A DNA stretch of 64,000 nt from Planctomycetota bacterium (GTDB taxonomy: Bacteria; Planctomycetota; JAJSAM01; JAJVHW01): NCBI GenBank assembly GCA_965248445.1, contig CBDFJG010000001.1:576001-640000 (forward strand). Reading direction: 5' to 3'. The position numbers and the translations under genes were made by a program. Positions 48,684-58,373 of the stretch are shown here, in pieces. The notes beneath the pieces are model-generated. The model was given only the letters and a program-made list of their open reading frames with translations. It searched no databases and had not been told where the DNA came from. Position 1 is the first letter of the stretch. The number at the start of each line of letters is the position of its first letter.

Positions 48684-50834
48684 TCACCGTCGCTGGCGAA
48701 TGCTGATCTCGTCGAAGTGCAACCCCTCCTGGTGCCAGCCGTGGCGGCCGCCCGGCGCGGCCTCCAGGACGATGAGGACCTCCTTGCCGGCGAACGGCTC
48801 CAGGTCGGCATCGAGAGTGCGCCAGTTCTCCGCACTCGCCTTCTTGTCACCGCCGATCGTCTCGGAAAGCAGTCGATGCAGCGCTCCGTCGTAGACACCG
48901 ACCTTCAGCACCGCGTCGACGATCCCCGTGTCTGTGGGAACGGAGGAGACGCGGATACGAAGCTGACTAGCGACTTCCGGTACGCGCACCTTCCAGTAGG
49001 CGAACGCAGAGCGGTCCTTCCACGGAGCGTGCAGAGACATCGACCCGAACGTGCCCGGGTTCGGGAGCGGCCCCTTCGCCTTCTCCGGTTCCTCCGGGTA
49101 CGCACCGCGCCAGCCCGGGTACTTGTTGTACGCACGCGTGAACGCCAGGCGTTCGAGTTGCTCCGGCGTGTCGAACGTGAGGATCCGTTGTCCGTCGCGC
49201 GGCAAGTGTTGCAGCAGACCGCCGAGTGTGAAGAGCTCGGGCTGCGCCAGGGCCGCCTGCGCCAACTCCGGGTCCTTCTCGGAGAAAGACGGGATCACGC
49301 GTTGCTCCACGCCGCCACCCGGCCGCACGATGCGAAACCAGAAGCGATGGTTGCCGGAGACGTTCTCCACCTGGAACAGCAGACGATGCACGCCCTTCGC
49401 GAGACGGACGTGCTTGCGCACGACGTCGGAGTTGACCCGAGCGTGGAAGTGATGGCGGTAGATCTCGACACCGTCGAGGAGCACGACGGCACCATCTTCG
49501 TGACCGAACCACAGCACGACATCGACGTCTTCGGCGGCGTGCAGATAGAGGAACGCATACGTGAGAGACTTTGCGCGGGGTCCGTCCTCCCCACCGAGTT
49601 TCACTTCGGGCGTCAGACTGCGGTACGCGCGCCAGCGCATGCCGGCCTTGGTTGCCCGCACGCGCGGTGCAAGCTTCGCCACGGCGACCTTCGGCTTGTC
49701 CAGCAGAGCGTCATCGGGGTTGTCGAACGGACCGAGCTGGAGCCAGCGGCGGATGAACGGAACCTTGCGTAACGGGGCCTTGGCCGGCGGCTCTTCGGTC
49801 TTCGCGGTCACGTCACCGACGACGTTGCGCGGCGCTCGATCCATCGTCGTGAACGTCGCCCGCCGCAAGAACAAGAGCGCGAAGCACGTGTCGTGCGCTG
49901 ACCGCCATCGCCCGTCCTTCTCCTGCACGTCGATCAGGTGACGCGCTCCGGCGTCGTACCAATCGTGTGTCCCGATCCGCTCGCGGCCACCTGCGATCGC
50001 GGCCAGCCGTTCGATCCCGTAGAGGTAGTAGTAGGTCCAAGACGACCCGAACGCGTACTCACCGTGCGGGTTGGCGTCCGCCACGAACCTGCGTTCGAGG
50101 TACTCCCAGCCCTTCGCAACCGCCTTCTTCGCCCTGCTGCGCGCGGCGCGGTACTTGAAGTCGTCGCGCGACACGCGAGCCAGCGCGAGTTCGAGCACGG
50201 TGAGACCGGCCACCGTCATGGAACCCGTCTGCAGCCGCCCGGGGCGGTATCCGAAGCCGCCGTCCTCTGTCTGGAACGTCGGGATCGACTCGAGCAAGCC
50301 GCCCCAGACCTCCCCCCGCGCGGTGAAGCCGTGCTTCTCGGCGATCCAGAGCCCCAACGCAGCGTACTGCGTGTTCGAGAGGTCGGTGTTGCTGCCCGGG
50401 TAGTTCCAGCGCTTGGACGTCGGGTGGAAATTCTCGTCCAGCCACTTGGCCGCCCGCTGGATCCACTCCTTGTGAGCGGGGTCGCCGTGCGCGTCGAGCG
50501 CCATGATCAGGCATCCCACGCTGTACGTCTTCTTGAACGGCCGATAGCGCAGGAACTGGAGACCCTTGGTGACCTGCGGGTCGTCGGTGGGGACGCCCGA
50601 CTTGATCAGCGTGTACACGCCGAGGGCCGTGCACCCGGCGGGGTAGCCCGAGGCGTACTTGCTGTTGAACGACCCGTTCTTCTGCTCGTACGCGCGGAGC
50701 TTCGCGACACCGCGCTCGATCGCGCGATTGACCTGCACCTCGAGCGAGTCGGCGCGCGCCTCCTCCGTCGCCAGGCCTCCCAGGGCCGAGACCCCCAAGA
50801 GCATCGCAATCGCCGGAGCGCGCAAGAGCCTCAC
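48684..50834 (-). CDS. Secreted prenyltransferase/squalene-cyclase-like alpha-barrel protein with C-terminal beta-sandwich domains
   Basis: AIERGV, QxxDGGFGY, DLSNTQYA, YYLYGIER, QEKDGRW and TCFALLFL. Confidence 0.75.
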   Translation of the reverse strand: MRLLRAPAIAMLLGVSALGGLATEEARADSLEVQVNRAIERGVAKLRAYEQKNGSFNSKYASGYPAGCTALGVYTLIKSGVPTDDPQVTKGLQFLRYRPFKKTYSVGCLIMALDAHGDPAHKEWIQRAAKWLDENFHPTSKRWNYPGSNTDLSNTQYAALGLWIAEKHGFTARGEVWGGLLESIPTFQTEDGGFGYRPGRLQTGSMTVAGLTVLELALARVSRDDFKYRAARSRAKKAVAKGWEYLERRFVADANPHGEYAFGSSWTYYYLYGIERLAAIAGGRERIGTHDWYDAGARHLIDVQEKDGRWRSAHDTCFALLFLRRATFTTMDRAPRNVVGDVTAKTEEPPAKAPLRKVPFIRRWLQLGPFDNPDDALLDKPKVAVAKLAPRVRATKAGMRWRAYRSLTPEVKLGGEDGPRAKSLTYAFLYLHAAEDVDVVLWFGHEDGAVVLLDGVEIYRHHFHARVNSDVVRKHVRLAKGVHRLLFQVENVSGNHRFWFRIVRPGGGVEQRVIPSFSEKDPELAQAALAQPELFTLGGLLQHLPRDGQRILTFDTPEQLERLAFTRAYNKYPGWRGAYPEEPEKAKGPLPNPGTFGSMSLHAPWKDRSAFAYWKVRVPEVASQLRIRVSSVPTDTGIVDAVLKVGVYDGALHRLLSETIGGDKKASAENWRTLDADLEPFAGKEVLIVLEAAPGGRHGWHQEGLHFDEISIRQRR

Positions 50835-51000
50835 GGTGCGATGCTACCGTCTCAGCCGTCGCCGCCGGATTGGCCTTCCTCTTCGTGCGCACGCCGACGG
50901 GCGGCTAGCGCCGACGCCGGTCCCAGCATGCGACGAGAAAGGGCACCGCAGCCGAAGCCGCGGTGCCCTGAGGAGAGTGAGAGGCGACGGTCCCGCGGGG

Positions 51001-52509
51001 CTACTCGCCGTGGTGGGGATGGTTCCGCCCGTTGTGCGGGGTTGCCGCGTACGGGAAGACCTTGCTGTACGCGATGTCGTTGCTGGACACGTTGTCCAGG
51101 TCGATCTCCGGCCCAGGCGCCGCGACGGTGGGGTCCTGAGGATCGAGGAACAGAGCGCGCAGGGCGATGTCGAGAACGTCGTCGCCGAAGCGCCTTCCGT
51201 TCGGGAACCCGCCGGGAACGTCGGTCTGCTGCAGCGCGCTGAACAGCACGTCGCCGCCGCCTGGACCGAACACGCTCAGTCGCGAGAACCCGGTGTCGTC
51301 GGGGTTCGTGGCGTGGTCCTCGCCGCCGCCCGCGAGTCGCGCGGGACCGGTGGAGAGGTCGACACGGATCAGGTCCGGTGCGAACAGGCCCTCGAGGTCG
51401 GAGCGTCCGTCCTCGCGAACCACCATCTCGCCGCCGTTCAGGACGATGTTGACGAGCTTCGCCAGCTCGGGAGTCCGCGCGAACTCGCCGAAGTTCTTCC
51501 GGTCGTCTGCGGGACTCGTCTGGTTGTAGAGATCCTTCTTCGCGACCGGGACGAACGCCTCGCAGAAGAGAGGGTTCCCCTGCCGCGCCACTTGGACCCA
51601 GCCACCGCGCGTGCGGTCGTTCTTGCCGGCCCGGCGCACGGTGATGCGCTGGCGGCTCGTGGTGGCGTACACACCCGCGACTTGCATGTCGCCGCCGAGT
51701 GCGGCGACGGGGATCGAGAGCGCGATCGTGTGGACGTTGAAGCCGCCCTGGCTGTCGAACACCACCTCGGTACCCGTACGCAGGTTCAGGGCGTCGAAGA
51801 CGGACTGGATGTCGGCATAGAAGCCGTCGTCCCGCTGTCCGGCGAACGCGACGTAGCCGTCGGCCAGTGTGGCGATCGCCTGCTGCGTGTACGCATCCAG
51901 GTCGCCTGCGGTCGAGACGCCGTCGAGCGCCGGTCCTTCGCCCGCATCGGAGTTGTACAGCGGCGTCACGCGCCCCTGGTTGTTCGGCGGCACGATCCCG
52001 CTGCCGAGGAGGGTCGAGCGGCGCTTCTTCTTGCGCCGGTCGAAGACCCTGACCTCGTAGCGCTGGATGAGATTCTGCGCGTCGTCACCGACCTCGAGGA
52101 TCGCGACGCCGCTGGCCTGCGGCTGGAAAGACTGCAAGATCGTGTTCTCGTTCTGGAATTCGGTCTTGAAGCGGAACTGGTAGCTCAGTGTCGCGCGGCC
52201 GGCCGCGACGTCATCTCCCAGAGCAACGTGGATCTGGTAGAGCACGTCGTCCGAGAAGTTGTACTTGTTGGGGCCGATGCCCGGCTCCTCGAAGGGGTAG
52301 ACCGCAAGAGCCGTGGTCAGGTACTTCGTGCCGCCCGAGTCGCTCACGAACGCATAGACGTCCGTCGTGTTCGCAGCGTCGTCGTCCGTGACGCCGGGGG
52401 CATCCATGTGACTGGAAGCGAGGGCGTGGGGCGCGCCGAACAGGCCGCCAGAGGCCAGGCCGAGCGCCGCCGCCATGCCCATGGTGGCGATGCGTGTGTT
52501 GATCGTCAT
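51001..52509 (-). CDS. DUF4331-family secreted protein
   Basis: Signal peptide then ASSHMDAP...TDVYAF, QVARQGNPL, GFPNGRRFGDDV and FPY. Confidence 0.85.
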   Translation of the reverse strand: MTINTRIATMGMAAALGLASGGLFGAPHALASSHMDAPGVTDDDAANTTDVYAFVSDSGGTKYLTTALAVYPFEEPGIGPNKYNFSDDVLYQIHVALGDDVAAGRATLSYQFRFKTEFQNENTILQSFQPQASGVAILEVGDDAQNLIQRYEVRVFDRRKKKRRSTLLGSGIVPPNNQGRVTPLYNSDAGEGPALDGVSTAGDLDAYTQQAIATLADGYVAFAGQRDDGFYADIQSVFDALNLRTGTEVVFDSQGGFNVHTIALSIPVAALGGDMQVAGVYATTSRQRITVRRAGKNDRTRGGWVQVARQGNPLFCEAFVPVAKKDLYNQTSPADDRKNFGEFARTPELAKLVNIVLNGGEMVVREDGRSDLEGLFAPDLIRVDLSTGPARLAGGGEDHATNPDDTGFSRLSVFGPGGGDVLFSALQQTDVPGGFPNGRRFGDDVLDIALRALFLDPQDPTVAAPGPEIDLDNVSSNDIAYSKVFPYAATPHNGRNHPHHGE

Positions 52510-52596
52510 CGTTGTCTCTCCGTGCGTAGTGCGTGAAAGGGAAGAAGGGGATGTGGGTGCAACCGCTGTTGGGCCACGGCTGCCGTTGCGGGGAAG

Positions 52597-52621
52597 TACG
52601 GCACGGGTCGCAGCGCGGATG
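52597..52621 (-). promoter_or_regulatory. ECF-type promoter upstream of the DUF4331 gene
   Basis: CATCC-N16-CGTA on the minus strand. Confidence 0.7.
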
Positions 52622-52635
52622 TCGAAAAGTAACGA

Positions 52636-52660
52636 CATCCCTCCGGGCCCCGTGCGCGTA
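52636..52660 (+). promoter_or_regulatory. ECF-type promoter upstream of the DUF4198 gene
   Basis: CATCC-N16-CGTA on the plus strand. Confidence 0.7.
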
Positions 52661-52701
52661 TGTGTCCATGACGCACATGCACCATGCAGACGGAGGACGC
52701 C

Positions 52702-53577
52702 ATGCATCGACTCAGCCGAAGAACGACACTGGCAGCGATCGTTGTCACCGCACTGGCCTCGGGCGCGCTGGCGCACGACTTCTGGATTTCGCCGTCCGAC
52801 TTCCGGCCTGAGCCCGAGTCGTCGATCGACGTGCGAATGCTGGTCGGCGAAGCGTTCTCAGGTGAGGGATTCGCGCGCAACACGCGTCACGTCGAACGCT
52901 TCGTCATGCGCGGACCGGCCGGCACGAACTCGGTCACCGGAAACGCGGGATCCGACCCAGCCGGCAGCGTGAAAGTCGGGCCGGCGGGAACTTACATCAT
53001 CGCCTTCCGCAGCACGCGGACCCGGGTGGAACTGCCGGCGGACGAGTTCGAGGCGTACCTCGAACACGAGGGTCTGGATCACGTCATCCGTGCGCGCCGC
53101 AAGAGCGGTACGAGCGACGCTCCCGGTCGCGAGGTCTTCTCGCGCTGCGCCAAGTCGATCGTACGTGTTGGCAAGGCCGGATCGGATCACGCGAGCGAAG
53201 CGGCGGGGTTGCGCCTGGAACTCGTGCCGGAGCGCGATCCGTACGAGCTCGCAGCGGGCGACACGCTCGTCGTCCGTGTGCTCCTGGACGGGCGCGCACT
53301 CCCGAACGCGCTCGTGACGGCGCACCACACGCCCGGGTCAGAAGACGTGGTGCAGGTGCGCTCCGACAAGCACGGACGCGCCGCACTGGTTCTCGATCGC
53401 GCCGGCCCGTGGCTGCTCAACACGGTCCACATGCTCGCGGCGCCGATGGGCGTCGAGGCGGACTGGGAGAGCCTGTGGTCTTCGCTGACGTTCGACCTGG
53501 CCGTGGCGCGAAAGCGCGTTCCCGAGAGTCGCCCGTCGCCGGGCCTCTCGCCGGCCGGATCCGGCGCGACGCGCTGA
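52702..53577 (+). CDS. DUF4198-family periplasmic protein
   Basis: Signal peptide then AHDFWI, FEAYLEHEGL, LELVP..DP and WESLWSSLTF. GGAGG RBS before ATG 52702. Confidence 0.8.
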   Translation: MHRLSRRTTLAAIVVTALASGALAHDFWISPSDFRPEPESSIDVRMLVGEAFSGEGFARNTRHVERFVMRGPAGTNSVTGNAGSDPAGSVKVGPAGTYIIAFRSTRTRVELPADEFEAYLEHEGLDHVIRARRKSGTSDAPGREVFSRCAKSIVRVGKAGSDHASEAAGLRLELVPERDPYELAAGDTLVVRVLLDGRALPNALVTAHHTPGSEDVVQVRSDKHGRAALVLDRAGPWLLNTVHMLAAPMGVEADWESLWSSLTFDLAVARKRVPESRPSPGLSPAGSGATR

Positions 53578-53585
53578 CCCTCCGC

Positions 53586-54101
53586 TCAGGCGGCTGCCGC
53601 CTCCGTGAGAGTGACGATGCACCGGCAACCGTCCACAGACCACAGTTCGCCGTGTTGCGAGCCGCCGGGCATGAACTGGTAGTCGCCGGCGCGCAACACC
53701 GTCTTCTCCGTGCAGAGGTCACCCTCGATCACGTAGCACTCCTCGTCGCCAGGGTGCTGGTGGGCCGGATAGCGCGCGCCTGGGTCCATGTGCAAGAGCA
53801 AGGTCACGCGGCGCGTGGCCTCGTTGCGCCGCAGGATGCGGACCTTCACGCCCGGCGCCGGGTGCTCGTCCCACGCCGCCTCCTCGTCGCGCCGCACGAC
53901 CGTGTCGCCGGCGCCGACCGCGCGCACTCGATCGAGCAAGCGCCCAACCGAACCTGCGGGCAGCGCAACCGGCGCCACGACCTGCCCGATCGCCGCTGCC
54001 GCCACGGCGTCCTCGGCCGCGACGGGACCCGCACTCGCGTCCGAGCCGAGCGCACGGTCGATCGACCGCTGTTCCGCTGAGTCGTGGGAATCGCTACTCA
54101 T
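53586..54101 (-). CDS. ChrR-like cupin anti-sigma factor
   Basis: PGARYPAHQH...EECYVIEG...GDY...GSQH. Overlaps the sigma stop. Confidence 0.8.
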   Translation of the reverse strand: MSSDSHDSAEQRSIDRALGSDASAGPVAAEDAVAAAAIGQVVAPVALPAGSVGRLLDRVRAVGAGDTVVRRDEEAAWDEHPAPGVKVRILRRNEATRRVTLLLHMDPGARYPAHQHPGDEECYVIEGDLCTEKTVLRAGDYQFMPGGSQHGELWSVDGCRCIVTLTEAAAA

Positions 54102-54670
54102 GCGACCTCTCCTGCAAACTCGCGCAGGGCGCCACGCAGACGACGCAGTCCGTTCCGGGTGCGGCCCTTGACCGTACCGAGCGGCGCGCCGGTCCGCTCC
54201 GCGATGGCGAGTTGCGTGAGCCCCTCGAAGTACGAGAGTTCGAGCACTTCGCGCTCGCCCGGGGGTAGGGACTCGAGCGCCGTGACGACCCGCTGCCGAG
54301 AGTCGGCCGTGAGCGCCGCGTCGAGCGGTGTCGGTTCCGGCCCCACCAGCGTGTCGGTGTGCAGTTCGGTTCCCGTTTCCCCGCGCGTGCGGACCGACCG
54401 CAGCTTGTCGATGGCGCGGTTGCGGGTCACGGTGGTCAGCCAGCCGCCGAGCGTGCCGCGGGAGGCATCCAACCGGTCCGAGGTGCTCCAGAGCCGGAGG
54501 AACGCGTCCTGGGTGACGTCCTCAGCGGCCACGGGGTCGCCGAGGATGCGCAGGGCGACCGCGTACGCGCGGGGACCGTGTCGTCGATATGCCAGGCTCA
54601 ACCCTTCCTCCGCTCCATCGCGAATCTGCAACAGGAGTTGCTCGTCCGTGTGGTCCGCCGTCTCGCCCAT
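54098..54670 (-). CDS. ECF RNA polymerase sigma factor (SigK-like)
   Basis: AEDVTQDAFLRLW, RNRAID, YFEGLT...IA...PLGTVKGR. Confidence 0.92.
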   Translation of the reverse strand: MGETADHTDEQLLLQIRDGAEEGLSLAYRRHGPRAYAVALRILGDPVAAEDVTQDAFLRLWSTSDRLDASRGTLGGWLTTVTRNRAIDKLRSVRTRGETGTELHTDTLVGPEPTPLDAALTADSRQRVVTALESLPPGEREVLELSYFEGLTQLAIAERTGAPLGTVKGRTRNGLRRLRGALREFAGEVA

Positions 54671-54676
54671 CTGAAG

Positions 54677-54701
54677 TACGATAGTCGGGCGCTCCGGGAT
54701 G
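54677..54701 (-). promoter_or_regulatory. Autoregulatory ECF-type promoter, likely giving a leaderless transcript
   Basis: CATCC-N16-CGTA ending 6 nt before ATG 54670. Confidence 0.7.
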
Positions 54702-54739
54702 TGGGAACTCCGCAAATTCGGCCCACGTCCCCCAGCGCA

Positions 54740-57010
54740 CTACTTCCCGTCTGTGGTATCGACCTTCTTCGGCCACCTGCCGAGGGCGTACTGGCCGGGC
54801 CAGTGCTGATCGGCGTAGTCGTAGTCGTGAGCGGCGCGCAGGGTCAGGTACGGCTCGCGCAGGTGCGGGCGGGCCATGGCGACGAGGTCGGCGCGGCCGG
54901 CGGCGAGGATCGTGTTGGCGTGGTCCGCGCCGAGCACTGCGCCGACCGTCATCACGGGCACGCCGATCTCATGGCGGATGCGCTCGGCGAACGGCACCTG
55001 GAACATGCGGCCGTAGTTCGGCTGCGCATCGGCGGAGATCCCGCTGGTCGAGACGTCGAGCACGTCGCAACCGGCGTCGACGAGCAAGCCGCAGAGCGCC
55101 ATCGTGTCGTCCATCGTGATTCCGTCCGGGACCCAGTCACTCGCCGAGATCCGGACCGCCAGCGGCATGCCGCGAGACGTCTCCGGACGGATCGCGCGCA
55201 GGACCTCGAGAGGGAAGCGGGCGCGGTTCTCGATCGGGCCGCCGTACTCGTCGGTGCGCTTGTTGGTGACCGGCGAGAGGAACGTGTTGAGCAGGTAGCC
55301 GTGCGCCATGTGCAGTTCAATGACCTGGAAGCCCGCGGCGACCGAGCGCTTCGTGGCGGCCACGAACTCCTCGATCGTGCGGTCCATGTCGGCGCGGTCC
55401 ATCTCGCGCGGTGCGGGCCAGTCCGGTAGGAACGGGATCGGCGACGGACCGAGCGTCTCCCAGCCATCGTTGCCCGGCAACGGCGTGTCGTGACCCTCCC
55501 ACGGGTGCTGGCACGAGCCCTTGCGACCGGCGTGTCCGAGCTGGATCCCGATCACCGTGTCCGGAGAGTGGTCGCGGACGAAGTCGGTGACGCGCTTCCA
55601 CGCCGTGGTGTGGGCGTCGGTGTAGATGCCCGTGCACTGTCGCGAGATGCGGGCGTCTGCCGAGACGTTCGTCATCTCGGTGAAGACGAGGCCGGCGCCG
55701 CCCACGGCTCGCGATCCCAGGTGGACGAGGTGCCAGTCGTTCGGCGTGCCGTCGACCGCGCTGTACTGGCACATCGGGCTGACCACGATCCGGTTGCGGA
55801 GGGTCAGGTTGCCGATCCGGAGCGGCGCGAAGATCGGCGCGGGCGAGTTGCCGTCCGAGGCGTGAGGTGCGCCCTGGTCGTCGGCGAACCACTCGGTCAC
55901 GCGCTCGACAAGAGCGGGATCGCGGAGTCGGAGTTCGTCGTACGTGATGCGCTTGCTGCGCGTCATCAGGTTGAACTTGAACTGCAGCGGGTGCTGCTTC
56001 ATGTAGCGCTTGGCGTTCTCGAACCACTCGAGACTCGTCTGCGCCGCCTTCTGCAACTTGAGGACGGGGACCTCGAGTTCCTCGCGGTATGCAGCCAGGA
56101 CACGCGAGATGTCCTGTGTACCGTGCGCCTCGAACGCCGCGACCAGTGCGATGGCATCCTCCATCGCGAGCTTGGTGCCCGATCCGATCGAGAAGTGGGC
56201 GGTGTGCAGCGAGTCACCGAGCAGCACCGTGTTGCCGTGGTGCCAAACCTCGTTGCGCACCGTCGGGAACTGACGCCACGTCGAGCGGTTGGTGAGCAGC
56301 GGGTGTCCGTCCAGGTCCTCGGCGAAGAGCTTTGTGCAGTACGCGACCGTGTTTTCCTCGGTTGCCCGGTCGAGCTTCGCGGCGCGCCACGTCTCCTCGT
56401 CGCACTCCACGATCCACGTCGACAGGCCGTCCTCGAACGGGTAGGCGTGAGTCATGAACAGCCCGTGCTCGTTCTCCTTGAAAACGAACGTGAACGCCTC
56501 GAGCGGCCGCGTGGTGCCGAGCCAGCAAAAGCGGTTGGGGCGCCAGTCGAGAGACGGCTTGAAGTGCTCCGCGAACTCGGCGCGCACGGCGCTGTTGACG
56601 CCGTCGGCCGCGATCACGACGTCGTGATCGGCGAACTGCGTCGCCGATTCCACCTCCGTCTCGAAGTTCAGCGTGACTCCCACGTCGCGGCAGCGTGCCT
56701 GCAGGATGTTGAGCAGCTTCTTGCGCGACATGCCGCAGAAGCCGTGACCGGTGGAGACGACGCACTCCCCGCCGAAGTACGTCTCGATGTCGCTCCAGTA
56801 GCGGAAGCCCGAACGGATCTCGTTGTAGCTCTGGAGGTCGGCCTCCTCGAACGCGCCGAGGGTCTCGTCGCTGAAGACGACGCCCCACCCGAACGTGTCG
56901 TCCGCCCGGTTGCGCTCGTGAACGGCGATCTCTGCGTCCGGATACGCCTTCTTCATGAGGATGGCGAAGTACAGGCCGCCGGGGCCGCCTCCGATGATCG
57001 CGATCTTCAT
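54740..57010 (-). CDS. Bifunctional salicylyl-CoA 5-hydroxylase / anthraniloyl-CoA monooxygenase-reductase type flavoprotein
   Basis: GGGPGGL, TFGWGVVFSD and TAHFSIGSGTKLA, fused to an OYE domain (SPMCQYSA, HAGRK, HMAHGYLL). Confidence 0.92.
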   Translation of the reverse strand: MKIAIIGGGPGGLYFAILMKKAYPDAEIAVHERNRADDTFGWGVVFSDETLGAFEEADLQSYNEIRSGFRYWSDIETYFGGECVVSTGHGFCGMSRKKLLNILQARCRDVGVTLNFETEVESATQFADHDVVIAADGVNSAVRAEFAEHFKPSLDWRPNRFCWLGTTRPLEAFTFVFKENEHGLFMTHAYPFEDGLSTWIVECDEETWRAAKLDRATEENTVAYCTKLFAEDLDGHPLLTNRSTWRQFPTVRNEVWHHGNTVLLGDSLHTAHFSIGSGTKLAMEDAIALVAAFEAHGTQDISRVLAAYREELEVPVLKLQKAAQTSLEWFENAKRYMKQHPLQFKFNLMTRSKRITYDELRLRDPALVERVTEWFADDQGAPHASDGNSPAPIFAPLRIGNLTLRNRIVVSPMCQYSAVDGTPNDWHLVHLGSRAVGGAGLVFTEMTNVSADARISRQCTGIYTDAHTTAWKRVTDFVRDHSPDTVIGIQLGHAGRKGSCQHPWEGHDTPLPGNDGWETLGPSPIPFLPDWPAPREMDRADMDRTIEEFVAATKRSVAAGFQVIELHMAHGYLLNTFLSPVTNKRTDEYGGPIENRARFPLEVLRAIRPETSRGMPLAVRISASDWVPDGITMDDTMALCGLLVDAGCDVLDVSTSGISADAQPNYGRMFQVPFAERIRHEIGVPVMTVGAVLGADHANTILAAGRADLVAMARPHLREPYLTLRAAHDYDYADQHWPGQYALGRWPKKVDTTDGK

Positions 57011-57073
57011 ACCGTCCGGGTCCTCACGACTGAGCGGGGCGGGATTGTAGGCCGCGGGGCATGGCGGCCGCCC

Positions 57074-58192
57074 TCAGTTGTTCAACAGGATGACTGCAGT
57101 CACGATCGCGGCGACCAGCAGCACGATCACGAGGATCTTCACCCAGCTGGTCGGCGCCCGCCCGGCCACGCGCCCGTCCTGGCCGTTCAGCAGCACGGGG
57201 TACGTCTTGCCCTTCCACTCGTACGCGAGGCTCCAGAGCGGGAGCAGCACGAGCTTCCAGTGCACGTCCCCGACGACGGTGTAGACGTCCAGCGAACGCT
57301 GCGTGTCGCCCGGCACGTCGCCCGAGCAGCGGTACCGCTGGGTCGCTCGCACGCGTCCTTCAGCGCCCTCCCAAGCGTCGTCCATCGACACCTGGTACTC
57401 CTCCGCCGCCCATCCGGAGAGATACGCGGGGCTGTAGGGCACGAGGCCTTCCAGGTCGAACTTGCCGATGCGCTTGACGAGCGGCCCGTCGAGACCGCGG
57501 GACCCGAGCACGGTCAGGTTCACGAACGTGTCGTGGCGCTCGCCGGCTGCGGGCTCCCAGCGCACGCGGCGTTCCTGGCGCATGACGGAGACGGTCTTCC
57601 CGCCGCGCCTCACCGTCACGGGCCGCTGCACGTAGTAGTAGTGGCCGGCCTCCGCGGTCCAGCGCGACGACGCCTGGCAGTCGAACGCCCAGAACGGCAC
57701 GTACACGCCGACGGCGTCGAAGTCGGCCATCCGCCGGACCGCGCCCGGCGCGAACCACCGACCCTTCAGCCACTTCTGGAACGCGGCCTCGACGCGCTCG
57801 CGCCCGACCTCGAGCGGGACGATGCTGCCCGGACGGACGGCGTTGCGGTGCGCCTCCTCCTCGAGCACGCCGCTCGTGCCGCAGAACAGGCAGGCTCGCG
57901 CAAGGTCCCTGTCGCCGAACGCAACGCGTGCGCCGCAGTTGCCGCAGACCGCCGTGCGGGCGGCAAGGCCGAGGCCGCGCTCCGCGTCGTCCGCAGCGTC
58001 GAGCGAGTACGTCGAGACGGCCTGGCCGTCCCCCTCCTCCACGGCCGTCGTGCCGCCGCAGTACCCGCACACGAGGGACGCCTCGTCGGGGTCCCACTCC
58101 ATGCGGGCCGAGCAGGTCGCGCAGCGGAAAAGGGCGGCCTCGCCACCGTCGCCGCCGCGCTCGGTCTGCTCCGCTTGTGCCTCGTCCGCCAT
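57074..58192 (-). CDS. Zinc-ribbon membrane protein (YdjG-like)
   Basis: Four CxxC pairs, YVPFW, LLPLW, NGQDG and a C-terminal TM. Confidence 0.75.
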   Translation of the reverse strand: MADEAQAEQTERGGDGGEAALFRCATCSARMEWDPDEASLVCGYCGGTTAVEEGDGQAVSTYSLDAADDAERGLGLAARTAVCGNCGARVAFGDRDLARACLFCGTSGVLEEEAHRNAVRPGSIVPLEVGRERVEAAFQKWLKGRWFAPGAVRRMADFDAVGVYVPFWAFDCQASSRWTAEAGHYYYVQRPVTVRRGGKTVSVMRQERRVRWEPAAGERHDTFVNLTVLGSRGLDGPLVKRIGKFDLEGLVPYSPAYLSGWAAEEYQVSMDDAWEGAEGRVRATQRYRCSGDVPGDTQRSLDVYTVVGDVHWKLVLLPLWSLAYEWKGKTYPVLLNGQDGRVAGRAPTSWVKILVIVLLVAAIVTAVILLNN

Positions 58193-58373
58193 TCGCCCCC
58201 CCTTCTACCGGCGGGTCTCCGAACCGGCACGCACCGGGCCAGGTTCTGGGCAGAGGAGAGCCGACTCTTTCGCCTCGGAAGGGCAACCCGGCTACGTTGT
58301 CTGCCCGTCTGCTGATGCGGACGGCGCGGGTCTTCACAGGCTCGATGGAGAGATCCCCCACCGGAGGTGCGAC

